A stretch of DNA of 64,000 bases from Elainellaceae cyanobacterium (GTDB lineage Bacteria > Cyanobacteriota > Cyanobacteriia > CAZCXK01): positions 3,327 through 67,326 of the forward strand of contig JBNPEG010000032.1 of NCBI GenBank assembly GCA_051117555.1, written 5' to 3'. The notes beneath the pieces were generated by a model. The model was not told the origin of the DNA and did not search any database. It saw only the letters and a list, made by a program, of their open reading frames with translations. Below are positions 1-8,878 of the stretch, one piece after another; the stretch's first letter is position 1; each line of letters opens with the position of its first letter. The position numbers were made by a program, and so were the translations under genes.

Positions 1-25
1 CAGGCTAAGGGCTCTTCAAAGAGGA

Positions 26-67
26 ACCTCATGGTAGTGCGTTACGCACCACCATGAGGTTATTTTT
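26..67 (+). terminator. Hairpin plus T-tract, terminator-like, for a + strand gene left of the window
   Basis: Stem ACCTCATGGT (26-35) / ACCATGAGGT (51-60), extended by inner GTGCG/CGCAC pairs and followed by TATTTTT (61-67). Confidence 0.55.
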
Positions 68-83
68 AACAAGCTAAACGCTC

Positions 84-405
84 TCAAAGCTTCGCGTTTC
101 AAGTTCAGAGCGTCGTATTTCGAGTCCAATCCTTTATGTTTTGAGTTCAGAGCGTCGTATTTCGAGTCCAATCCTTTATGTTTTGAGTTCAGAGCGTCGT
201 ATTTCGAGTCCAATCCTTTATGTTTTGAGTTCAGAGCGTCGTATTTCGAGTTCAATCCTTTATGTTTTGAGTTCAGAGTGTCGTATTTCGAGTCCAATCC
301 TTTATGTTTCGAGTTCAGAGCGTCGTATTTCGAGTTCAATCCTTTATGTTTTGAGTTCAGAGCGTCGTATTTCAAGTTCAAAGCGTCGTGTTTCAAGTGC
401 AGAGC
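84..405. repeat. 42-bp tandem repeat array (about 7.5 units, with a 21-bp sub-period)
   Basis: The unit CGTCGTATTTCGAGTCCAATCCTTTATGTTTTGAGTTCAGAG starts at 111, 153, 195, 237, 279, 321 and 363. ORFs on both strands are repeat artefacts. Confidence 0.9.
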
Positions 406-462
406 AAGGCTGAAACTCTTGAATCCGGTGCGTTACGCTGCGCTGACGCTGAGCACCTACGG
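405..462. repeat. Dispersed 50-bp element, copy 1 (GGCTGAAACTCYTGAATCCGGTGCGTTACGCTGCGCT)
   Basis: Nearly identical to the reverse complement of 7634-7688. It directly abuts the 42-bp array. Confidence 0.8.
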
Positions 463-688
463 CTCAATCAAATTGTGAATTTGGTTCGTTACAGCCCTTA
501 ATTGCCAAAGGTTGCCAGCGAGTCGTTGAATGCTGACAGCCCACTCTCAATAGATCCCTGCTTAATCTCTCAATTATTTTGATAACTTATCGGATCTATC
601 CTGCTCTAGAGAGAAAAACTTTTCTGATAGCGTGTAATTCATGGCATAACTAGGTCATGCTAAAAGCTGCTAGAGGCTTAAGGAGTAT

Positions 689-2521
689 ATGCTGCAGCCC
701 AAATTTGTGATGATTCCCGCCTCAATTCCCGCTTCAGTATTAGGAGTCTGCCTTGCTCCTGGCTATGCGTTTGCAACGTATATCGCCCCTGCGGTCGAAT
801 TACGCGATAGTCCAGAGCATCGTGAGGGTGCACCGACCCTTGCTCAACAGCCTGATCCCAATGACGAACGATTCCTGCAGCCTACGCCTGAGCCGTTTCC
901 ACCCGAATCGACTGACGATCGAGTCTTGCCCGACGAACCCTCTGAAGAGTCGGACCTCAGCTCGCCCGAATCTGATCAGCCTGAATCTGATCCATCTGAC
1001 CCCGATCAGCCAGAAGACGAGCCTGCCGCGACGCTATCAGTGACTCGCATCGACGTGGTCGGCAGCACCGTCTTTGATGAGGACGACTTCGCGCCGATTA
1101 CCGAGCCCCTCGAAGGGCAAACGGTGACCCTCGACGAACTTCAACAAGCGGCAGATGCGATCACTCAGCTCTATCTAAATAACGGATATCTTACATCGCG
1201 CGCCCTCTTGGTCGATCAGGTCGTGGACGATGGCATTGTTCGCATTCAAGTGATTGAAGGTCGATTGGCAGAGATTCAAGTAGACGGAAACCAGCGACTG
1301 AATGATGGTTATATTCGCCGTCGGATTGAGCTTGGCTCGAAGGTGCCTCTGAGAACCGATCAGCTCGAAGACCAACTGCGTCTGCTTCGTGCCGATCCGC
1401 TTTTAGAAAACGTCGAAGCCAGTCTAAGAGCTGGAGACAGGATTGGTGAAAGCATCCTTATTGTGCGGGTGACGGAGGCAGATCCCATTGTGGGTGAGGT
1501 GCGAGTTGATAACTATTCCCCTCCCAGTGTCGGGTCAGAACGCACGGGGCTAGACTTGGGCTATCAAAACTTGACGGGTATTGGGGATTTCATCGGCTTT
1601 TCCTACGATCGCACGACCCCCGGGGGAGCCGATATTGCCCAATTTACCTATCGTGCGCCTGTTAATCCGATGAACGGAACGCTCCAACTCCACACGATTA
1701 TCGATCGCAATGAAGTGATTCAGGAACCCGTCAGCGAATTTGATATCGAAGGGGAGTCTGAGCGATACGAAATCAGCTTTCGACAGCCGCTGATTCGATC
1801 GCCTCGGGAGGAATTTGCGCTCTCAGCCGGGTTTGGCTACCGAGACGGGCAAACCTTTTTGTTCGGTGAGCCATTTGGATTTGGCATTGGTCCCGATGAG
1901 GATGGAATCAGCCGCACCAGCGTTTTTCGGTTTGGGCAAGATTATGTGAGACGCGACGTTCAGGGGGCATGGGCATTGCGATCGCAGTTTAGTGTCGGCG
2001 TCGATCTCTTCAATGCGACCACGAATGATGATCCCGTCCCGGACGGTCGCTTCCTGAGCTGGTTGGGGCAAGCCCAGCGAGTGCAACGCATCGGCACCAG
2101 CAATATCTTGATTGTGCAGCTCGACGTGCAGCTCACGCCGGATAGTCTCTTGCCGTCTGAGCAGTTTGTCATTGGGGGCGGGCAATCGCTGCGGGGCTAT
2201 CGTCAGAATGTGAGGGCAGGCGACAACGGCGTACGGTTCTCCATCGAAAATCGCATTACTCTGGCACGCAACGAAGCTGGAGAATCAAAATTTCAGCTTG
2301 CGCCCTTCTTCGATATGGGAGCCGTTTGGAACACGTCAAACAATCCCAACGAGTTGCCTGAGCAAAACTTTCTCGCAGGGCTTGGTGTTGGAGTGTTGTG
2401 GGAACCAATCCCGAATTTAGACGTGCGGCTCGACTTTGCCGTTCCCTTCATCAATTTGGATGATCGTGGCGAAAACATTCAGGATGATGGAATTTACTTC
2501 AGCGTGAAATATCGCCTGTGA
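689..2521 (+). CDS. ShlB/FhaC/HecB-family two-partner-secretion outer-membrane transporter (TpsB) with a POTRA domain
   Basis: It has a signal-peptide-like N-terminus and an acidic P/E/S/D linker. The POTRA_2-like segment reads LSVTRIDVVGSTVF...ITQLYLNNGYLTSRALL...IQVIEGRLAEIQVDGN. The C-terminus is a beta-barrel ending in an aromatic residue. AAGGAG lies upstream of the ATG. Confidence 0.85.
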   Translation: MLQPKFVMIPASIPASVLGVCLAPGYAFATYIAPAVELRDSPEHREGAPTLAQQPDPNDERFLQPTPEPFPPESTDDRVLPDEPSEESDLSSPESDQPESDPSDPDQPEDEPAATLSVTRIDVVGSTVFDEDDFAPITEPLEGQTVTLDELQQAADAITQLYLNNGYLTSRALLVDQVVDDGIVRIQVIEGRLAEIQVDGNQRLNDGYIRRRIELGSKVPLRTDQLEDQLRLLRADPLLENVEASLRAGDRIGESILIVRVTEADPIVGEVRVDNYSPPSVGSERTGLDLGYQNLTGIGDFIGFSYDRTTPGGADIAQFTYRAPVNPMNGTLQLHTIIDRNEVIQEPVSEFDIEGESERYEISFRQPLIRSPREEFALSAGFGYRDGQTFLFGEPFGFGIGPDEDGISRTSVFRFGQDYVRRDVQGAWALRSQFSVGVDLFNATTNDDPVPDGRFLSWLGQAQRVQRIGTSNILIVQLDVQLTPDSLLPSEQFVIGGGQSLRGYRQNVRAGDNGVRFSIENRITLARNEAGESKFQLAPFFDMGAVWNTSNNPNELPEQNFLAGLGVGVLWEPIPNLDVRLDFAVPFINLDDRGENIQDDGIYFSVKYRL

Positions 2522-2546
2522 ATTATTTCGTGAATCATTTCGTGAA

Positions 2547-2921
2547 TTATGGCGTATCGCCCGCGGGGCGAGTGATTTCTACCGAAATGGTGCCGCCGAA
2601 ATCGGGAATTGGCGGAGACAGTTTGGTCAGCCGGACATGTACCCGATCGACCTTGTCAGCCCGGAACGCGATATCGGCGATCGCCCCGGCAAGTCGTTCG
2701 AGCAGAGCAAATTTGGCCGTCTTGATCACCTGCTGCACATCCTTGACCACTGAGGTGTAGTCATAGGTGTCGCTGAGGCGATCGCTCTGTGCCGCTTGAG
2801 ACAGGTCGCGCCAGAGGGTCAAATCGACTTCAAACCATTGCCCTATGCTTTGCTCTTCGGGCAATACGCCGACATATCCATAGGCGCGAATGCCATTCAC
2901 GTGAATACAATCCGTTGTCAT
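2547..2921 (-). CDS. folB: Dihydroneopterin aldolase
   Basis: 124 aa with the typical FolB pattern GIRAYGYVGVLPEEQSIGQWFEVDLTL...DTYDYTSV. Confidence 0.85.
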   Translation of the reverse strand: MTTDCIHVNGIRAYGYVGVLPEEQSIGQWFEVDLTLWRDLSQAAQSDRLSDTYDYTSVVKDVQQVIKTAKFALLERLAGAIADIAFRADKVDRVHVRLTKLSPPIPDFGGTISVEITRPAGDTP

Positions 2922-2948
2922 TGCAGACCGGCTTCGTCTTGAACAGGG

Positions 2949-3365
2949 TTAGTCTTGTGCTTTCGACAAACTCAGAGGACCTGAGCCATAACTAATGACC
3001 AATAATAATCCCCCCATAATCGACAGATTTTTGAAAAATTGAGTCGTTTCCTCAGGGGTCGTCACCGGATTATGAAAGACAAGCGTGGCTGGAATGATAA
3101 ATAGAAGCAACAGCAGGGCACCCCATCGCGCTTTGAATCCCAAAATGACTAGCACTGCTCCTACAATTTCAAACAAAATTGTCAGAGTGAGTGCAACGGC
3201 AGGTAAGGGAATTCCAGCATTGGCAATAGTTTCTTGAGTCCCTGACAAACTGAGCAGCTTAGTAATGCCCGACCGCAGGAAAATGACCGTCAAGAAGATT
3301 CTAGCAATCAGAGGAATATAGGTTTGAAAACTCATGACCCGTGATAGGTAGTAGATATTGGACAA
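2949..3365 (-). CDS. DoxX-family membrane protein
   Basis: 138 aa with four hydrophobic helices and a DoxX-like segment LIARIFLTVIFLRSGITKL. The start may be the internal Met (MSFQTY). Confidence 0.7.
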   Translation of the reverse strand: MSNIYYLSRVMSFQTYIPLIARIFLTVIFLRSGITKLLSLSGTQETIANAGIPLPAVALTLTILFEIVGAVLVILGFKARWGALLLLLFIIPATLVFHNPVTTPEETTQFFKNLSIMGGLLLVISYGSGPLSLSKAQD

Positions 3366-3430
3366 ATCGAAATTGGTCAGACAGGCTCAATGGTTAATGT
3401 AATGGATATCATTCTCACACTCATATGCCT

Positions 3431-4777
3431 TTAGAGATGAGTTGTCGAGTCAGAGGACTGGTGTATACTCCGACTGATGCCAGAATCGGTCTGGGGCTGA
3501 GGCATTGGGATAGATGGATGTGGCAGAATAAATCGACTAGGGCGATCGCCCAACCCATAGGTTTGCAGCCAGCTTAAAAGCACCAAGAGGCGATTGCGAA
3601 ATCCTGGCAAATAGACGACATGGACGGCTAACCACATGAACCAGGCGATCGCCCCCGTCAGCATCAACGGACCGATTTTGCCGACTCCTGACCCACACCC
3701 AATGATGGCCAGTCTGCCCTTATTGAAGTAACGAAACGGCTTGGGGAATTTGCCTCGAATCTGACGTTTAATATTCCGAGCGACGGCAACTCCAGCTTGC
3801 AGGGCTTCAGGTGCGACACCCGCTAATGGCACTCCATTCTGTTCGACATACGAAACATCGCCGATGGCATAAATCTGATCCTGTTCCAACACCTGGAGAG
3901 TAGAGCGAACGACTAGTTTTCCTTTGTTAATTGTCGGCAGTCTGTCCGATGTTTCAGGCGTTTCAGCTTCTACTCCTGCCGCCCAAATGACCGTCGCCGA
4001 CGGGATCACATGCCCGTCTTGCAGACGAACGGCATTGGGAAGCACGCGGCTCACCTTCGATTGCAAATGCACTCGCACGCCCAACTTTCGTAAACGCTTG
4101 CAGGTATAGTCTCCAAGCCGCTCAGGCAGACCAGGCAAGAGGCGATCGCCCGCCTGCAGAAGGATCACTCGCACATCCCGAGGATTTAGGGTTGGGTAGT
4201 CTCGTCGCATGGGACTTCGGAGCATTTCAATCAGGGCACCTGCCATCTCTACCCCCGTTGGCCCGCCTCCCACAATCGTGAACGTCAAATGCTGTTGACG
4301 CAAAATCGGGTCGGGTTCATTGGAGGCAGTCTCAAAGCACGTCACAATCTGGTTTCGTAGGGCGATCGCCCCATTCAATGTCTTGAGGGTGAAGGCATGG
4401 TCGTTAGCCCCCGGAATGCCCAAAAACTGCGGCTGGCTTCCCGTTGCGATCACCAAATAGTCATACGGAAGTGACCCACGGTCTGTTTCTACCAATCGCA
4501 TCTGCATGTTGATGCGCGTCACATTTGCCATGAGAAACCGAATCTGAGGGGCTTGATGCCGTCGAGGTAAAAAGCGCCGCAGAAGCGTCCGGACTGGAAA
4601 GGCAACATGTTCAGGGTCAAGTTGAGCCGTTGCGACCTGATAGAGCAGAGGAATAAATGTATGGTAATTTTGGCGATCGATGAGTGACACATTCGCGCCA
4701 GACCCGGCAAGAGACTGGGCAGCCTGCATTCCTCCAAATCCAGAGCCAACGATCACGACTTGAGGACGTCTCTGCAC
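3431..4777 (-). CDS. Type 2 NADH dehydrogenase (NDH-2) / FAD-dependent pyridine nucleotide-disulfide oxidoreductase
   Basis: N-terminal GXGXXG (VVIVGSGFGGMQAA) and a second dinucleotide fold (TIVGGGPTGVEMAG). The size and C-terminal membrane-association tail are typical of cyanobacterial Ndb proteins. Confidence 0.8.
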   Translation of the reverse strand: MQRRPQVVIVGSGFGGMQAAQSLAGSGANVSLIDRQNYHTFIPLLYQVATAQLDPEHVAFPVRTLLRRFLPRRHQAPQIRFLMANVTRINMQMRLVETDRGSLPYDYLVIATGSQPQFLGIPGANDHAFTLKTLNGAIALRNQIVTCFETASNEPDPILRQQHLTFTIVGGGPTGVEMAGALIEMLRSPMRRDYPTLNPRDVRVILLQAGDRLLPGLPERLGDYTCKRLRKLGVRVHLQSKVSRVLPNAVRLQDGHVIPSATVIWAAGVEAETPETSDRLPTINKGKLVVRSTLQVLEQDQIYAIGDVSYVEQNGVPLAGVAPEALQAGVAVARNIKRQIRGKFPKPFRYFNKGRLAIIGCGSGVGKIGPLMLTGAIAWFMWLAVHVVYLPGFRNRLLVLLSWLQTYGLGDRPSRFILPHPSIPMPQPQTDSGISRSIHQSSDSTTHL

Positions 4778-4849
4778 ACGTATTTCTCCTAATGGGCATT
4801 CCTATCCTTTTAACATTATTTAATATTTGCTGCGTTGACCCGTCATCCC

Positions 4850-5716
4850 TCAATTGGGTGATGCGGCAGACGTAATCTGAGTTACATAGAGCATCAAATC
4901 CTGATCGCGATTGAGCCAGCCTTGCAAAAACACCCGCTGAGTGGGGTCTTGAGTCACGCGGCGATAGCGATGGTCAATTCGGGCTTGAACATACCGGTTC
5001 ACAATGTCAGAAGTCTTTGACCGCTCCAGCGCCCGTCGAGTATTTGCTCCGATGATTCCATCTGCCTCAACGCCCAAAGCCCGCTGAAGAAACCGCACCG
5101 CGCCTTGAACGCCAAAGTTGACCGCCGTATCAAAATGGGCGATCGCCAGGGGTTTCTTTAACTCATTACACCGAGCAGCATTCCAATAGAGGGTGCGATA
5201 AATGTCACGAACTTCCTCATGAGTGATGGACTGCACAGGTTGCGGTGACCAGCGGTTTCCGATGCGATAGGCATCATAGGTTGACTGGGTAATGCCTTTA
5301 TTAGTGGGTCCTCCCTTGTCCATCGGATGATTGACGTAGCCTCCCTCCCACCGCAAGGTAAACTGGAGTGCCTTGGCAAATTGGGCATCTGGATCATCAG
5401 AGGGTTGGCTTGGCGAGGGTTGAGGTGATTTTGATGGCGTCGGAGCGGGCTGAGGTGCTGGCGGTCGAGGAGACTGCTGCACGTCGAGCATAAACCGAGC
5501 CGCCTCTGGGGAAATCTCGTCGGGTCTAAATCCATACTCTGAGGCAAAAGAGCGATATTGGGATTGAGTAACAGTTCCCCAAATGCCGTCAATGGTTCCA
5601 ATTGAAAATCCAAACTGGTTCAGAAATCCCTGAATTTCTCGAACAAGCGATCGCTCATGTTGAATGGCACGGATGGGATACTCAATAGAATCGCGGGCGA
5701 TCGTGTGTAGATTCAT
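4850..5716 (-). CDS. Glycoside hydrolase family 108 lysozyme-like protein with N-terminal PG_binding_1-like and C-terminal PG_binding_3-like domains
   Basis: The GH108 signature is FTLRWEGGYVNHPMDKGGPTNKGITQ. A proline-rich linker separates it from an N-terminal peptidoglycan-binding-like repeat (GTIDGIWGTVTQ). Confidence 0.7.
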   Translation of the reverse strand: MNLHTIARDSIEYPIRAIQHERSLVREIQGFLNQFGFSIGTIDGIWGTVTQSQYRSFASEYGFRPDEISPEAARFMLDVQQSPRPPAPQPAPTPSKSPQPSPSQPSDDPDAQFAKALQFTLRWEGGYVNHPMDKGGPTNKGITQSTYDAYRIGNRWSPQPVQSITHEEVRDIYRTLYWNAARCNELKKPLAIAHFDTAVNFGVQGAVRFLQRALGVEADGIIGANTRRALERSKTSDIVNRYVQARIDHRYRRVTQDPTQRVFLQGWLNRDQDLMLYVTQITSAASPN

Positions 5717-5744
5717 ACGGAGTGTGAGTAGGGCAAGGACGGGG

Positions 5745-6986
5745 TTAGGTCGTATACTCCGCGTTGATTTTTACGTAGTCATAGCTGAGGTCGCAGCCCC
5801 ATGCCACGCCCGCACCTGTCCCACTCCCAACGCTGACCGAAATTAAGACCGTGTCAGATTTTAGATAATCTCCGGCGGCAGCGTCCTTTAGATAGTTGCT
5901 GGCGGCTTCGCGGTCAAACGCAAGAGGTTGTCCGTAGTTCATGAGCAAAATATCGCCCAGTTCGACTCTCAAATAATCTTGGTCGAACGAGACGCCTGCG
6001 CGTCCGGCAGCAGCAGCGATTCGCCCCCAGTTGGGATCTCGCCCAAAGATGGCAGACTTAACTAACGACGACCCAGCAATCGTACGAGCAATACGGCGAG
6101 CAGCAGCATTGTCAGTGGCTCCTGAGACGCGCACCTCAATGAGGCAGGTCGCTCCTTCTCCATCGCGGGCGATCGCCTTGGCGAGGTGAACACAGACTTT
6201 GGTAAGCATGGCTTCTAGCTTCTCGGCTTCGGCTCCCATTTCGGTAATTGCGGGAGTCCGAGACTCGCCATTAGCCAGTGCGATTAGCGTGTCATTCGTG
6301 CTGGTGTCGCCATCTACCGTAATTTGGTTAAAGCTTTTATTTGCTGCGCGGCTTAGCATTTGCTGCCAAAGGTGGGGCGAAATCGCAGCATCGCAGGTAA
6401 CGAAGGCTAACATTGTCGCCATATTCGGGTGAATCATGCCCGATCCCTTAGAAATGCCGCCAATGCGTACAGGGCGATCGTGCAGAGTTGTTTCTAGCGC
6501 GATAGATTTGGGCACGAGGTCGGTTGTGATGATGGCTTGAGCCGCTGCATCAGACCCAGTCGATGAGGCCGCCTCAATGAGCTTGGGGATGCCAGCGCGC
6601 ATCTCGTCCATGCGAATGCGCTGACCAATCACCCCCGTCGAGGCAACCAACACCGATTCAGGCGGAATGCCCGCCGCTTGGGCCACGAGCTGGGCGCTCT
6701 CTTGAGCATCTTCCCACCCCTGCCTTCCCGTGGCTGCGTTGGCTTGCCCCGCATTGCAGAGAATTGCGCGAGCCGTTGATTTGGCATGCAGTCGTTGCCG
6801 GCAGTAATCTACACATGCGGCTCTGACCTGGGTTGTGGTAAACACCCCGGCGGCGATCGCCTCTACATCAGACCAGATCAGAGCCAAATCCTTGGCTCCT
6901 GAGGGTTTCAAGCCTGCTACAATCCCAGATGCTCGATATCCTTTCGGCGCTGTTACACCCCCTGAAATTTCGTGCCACTCTGCCAT
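5745..6986 (-). CDS. argJ: Bifunctional glutamate N-acetyltransferase / amino-acid acetyltransferase
   Basis: 413 aa with an ArgJ pattern that includes the autoprocessing region PNMATMLAFVTCDA and TTDLVPK. Confidence 0.9.
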   Translation of the reverse strand: MAEWHEISGGVTAPKGYRASGIVAGLKPSGAKDLALIWSDVEAIAAGVFTTTQVRAACVDYCRQRLHAKSTARAILCNAGQANAATGRQGWEDAQESAQLVAQAAGIPPESVLVASTGVIGQRIRMDEMRAGIPKLIEAASSTGSDAAAQAIITTDLVPKSIALETTLHDRPVRIGGISKGSGMIHPNMATMLAFVTCDAAISPHLWQQMLSRAANKSFNQITVDGDTSTNDTLIALANGESRTPAITEMGAEAEKLEAMLTKVCVHLAKAIARDGEGATCLIEVRVSGATDNAAARRIARTIAGSSLVKSAIFGRDPNWGRIAAAAGRAGVSFDQDYLRVELGDILLMNYGQPLAFDREAASNYLKDAAAGDYLKSDTVLISVSVGSGTGAGVAWGCDLSYDYVKINAEYTT

Positions 6987-7408
6987 TAATTCTCCTCAAT
7001 CTTCACTGAAAGAATCTTGTCACCCTTACGAATCGCATTCACCACCTCCATATCGTCGGTCTTCCCAAACGTGGTGTGAACACCGTCAAGGTGAGGCTGT
7101 GGAGAATGGCAAATGAAAAATTGGCTTCCTCCGGTATCTTTTCCAGCATGTGCCATTGAGAGGGTGCCCGCGAGATGCTTGTTGGGATTAATCTCACACT
7201 TGATGGTGTACCCCGGCCCTCCTGTCCCCGTACCGCGAGGGCATCCCCCTTGAATCATAAAATTGGGAATCACCCGGTGAAACGTCAGCCCATCATAAAA
7301 CCCATCATTTGCAAGGCTGACAAAGTTTTTCACCGTATTCGGTGCATCCGTATCAAAGAAATCGATGTGAATCGTTCCTTTTTCAGTTTCCATAATGGCG
7401 CGAGTCAT
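6986..7408 (-). CDS. Cyclophilin-type peptidyl-prolyl cis-trans isomerase
   Basis: Motifs [13 protein letters not shown] and GTLSMAHAG...GSQFFI. 140 aa. Confidence 0.9.
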   Translation of the reverse strand: MTRAIMETEKGTIHIDFFDTDAPNTVKNFVSLANDGFYDGLTFHRVIPNFMIQGGCPRGTGTGGPGYTIKCEINPNKHLAGTLSMAHAGKDTGGSQFFICHSPQPHLDGVHTTFGKTDDMEVVNAIRKGDKILSVKIEEN

Positions 7409-7517
7409 GGATGTTATACCTTTTGTGTTAACGAAAAGTCAGACGATTTGGGGGTGTGAGTCTTAGTTTACGCTAGTCTCGAACCAGACGACAGATGATA
7501 CTCTACAGCAAAGGAAT

Positions 7518-7591
7518 GAAGGCGAAAGGCGAAAGGCGGAAGGCGAAAGGCGGAAGGCGAAAGGCGGAAGGCGAAAGGCGAAAGGCGGAAG
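7518..7591. repeat. Heptanucleotide tandem array, AAGGCGA/AAGGCGG x10
   Basis: Ten contiguous 7-bp units were read directly. This is STRR-like. Confidence 0.9.
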
Positions 7592-7633
7592 TAGTGGCGT
7601 GGCACAGCTAATTTGGTGGATTAAAGTGCATCA

Positions 7634-7688
7634 GGTAGGGTGCCGTTAGCGCAGCGTAACGCACCGGATTCAGGAGTTTCAGCCCATT
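7634..7688. repeat. Dispersed 50-bp element, copy 2 (inverted relative to 405-462)
   Basis: The reverse complement reads GGGCTGAAACTCCTGAATCCGGTGCGTTACGCTGCGCTAACGG. Confidence 0.8.
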
Positions 7689-7730
7689 ATGAAGTTGCAC
7701 TATTTTAGGCATGTCAGACCACTAGGCAGT

Positions 7731-7764
7731 AAAAAAGCGTCTCTCTAGCTGAGAAACGCTTTTA
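7731..7764 (-). terminator. Bidirectional intrinsic terminator-like hairpin downstream of the 65-aa gene
   Basis: AAGCGT-CTC / GAG-(AA)-ACGCTT stem flanked by an A6 run (T6 on the minus strand) and TTTTAT. Confidence 0.55.
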
Positions 7765-7926
7765 TGAAGGTAAATAATTGAACCAGCGATCGCCCAGATT
7801 GAGACATTAGGTCCATGTCATGGAGGCAAATCAGCAATTCAAGTATCGTGAGTCAAACTAGATCTTTATGTCAGGTCTTTCTCAATCTGGGGAAATGAAA
7901 GCTTGATGTACAAATCTGAATACCCG

Positions 7927-8124
7927 TTAGCTCAGGGCTGCATTGCTGCGATCATAGGAATCCCGAGCTGATCCATAGGGTTTCCCTTGAATGCTGTTCC
8001 AGCTTAGGTGCTCGGATGGAATGCCGGATTCGGCCATAACACGAGTCAACATCGACTGCTGACGATTTTTTACCAGATGATGATGACGGGTCATCAATGC
8101 GCGAGCTTGATCTTGAGTAGACAT
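7927..8124 (-). CDS. Small hypothetical protein (65 aa)
   Basis: The ORF has AGGGAG about 10 nt upstream of its ATG and a terminator hairpin downstream. No family was recognised. Confidence 0.45.
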   Translation of the reverse strand: MSTQDQARALMTRHHHLVKNRQQSMLTRVMAESGIPSEHLSWNSIQGKPYGSARDSYDRSNAALS

Positions 8125-8345
8125 TGCTGAAATCTCCCTTGTTGTCGTAATGAGTGGTTGCGATTAAGCGAACTCTATAAGAATAACTATATCAGATAAT
8201 TCTGTAACAAAGGCTACAAAATTGAATATTTCTTAATTTCTATGCAGGCGGCGATCGCTCGTAACTAGTGCGATATCGACAATTGACCTTATGTGTCGAG
8301 AGAATAAATAGGGCAGGGTGAATTTAACTTTTTTTAAACTCCATT

Positions 8346-8380
8346 GAAAAAGAAAATCCCCCTTCATTACGAAAGGGGGA
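8346..8380 (-). terminator. Intrinsic terminator downstream of the 81-aa gene
   Basis: Stem TCCCCCTT / AAGGGGGA (8357-8364 / 8373-8380), followed on the minus strand by TTTTCTTTTTC. Confidence 0.6.
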
Positions 8381-8506
8381 GGAGGGAGTTTGGCTTGGAA
8401 TGTAACGAGCAGAGCATTCACAAGCAAAGACAATTAATCGCGCTGTAGCGGACGCCATTAGAAGTTACGAAAAAATAGCGAACTAGCTTAGATAGGCAGG
8501 ATGTAC

Positions 8507-8752
8507 TTAGCGGATGAGGGCTGGTTCTGGCGTTTGGCTGAGCCGCATATCTAGATACAGATATAGACCTTCACTCGCTTGAAAATAAATGTCGACGCGA
8601 TCGCGCGTTTGCTCTGCTGAGATAATGTCAGCATGATATTGGGGCGCCACAAGAAAATTGAGCCAGTCTGCAATTTGCGGTAAGGGAATACTCAATTTGC
8701 CGAGACGGTAGCCATCAATCATTTCAACCGAAAACTGAATCGGGGAATGCAT
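8507..8752 (-). CDS. Hypothetical protein (81 aa)
   Basis: The support is an ORF with a downstream terminator. No recognisable motif. Confidence 0.4.
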   Translation of the reverse strand: MHSPIQFSVEMIDGYRLGKLSIPLPQIADWLNFLVAPQYHADIISAEQTRDRVDIYFQASEGLYLYLDMRLSQTPEPALIR

Positions 8753-8878
8753 AGCGCGTCCTCATCCGTTGACGTGGGGGTGACTGGAGCTGACAGTACA
8801 AATATACTACCAACCTTCTGATTTTCCAATCCCCTTTTCCAGATTTCTTTAGGAACGTCGCAACGGGATGAGCTGAGC

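Noticed and set aside
16-478. Three overlapping ORFs (126, 90 and 66 aa) on both strands with 14-residue peptide repeats.
   Set aside because: They coincide exactly with the 42-bp tandem DNA array. They are open on both strands only because the unit lacks stop codons, and they have no RBS and no protein-like composition.
8233-8433. A 66-aa minus-strand ORF.
   Set aside because: It spans the intrinsic terminator hairpin and T-tract (8346-8380) of the upstream 81-aa gene and has an implausible composition.
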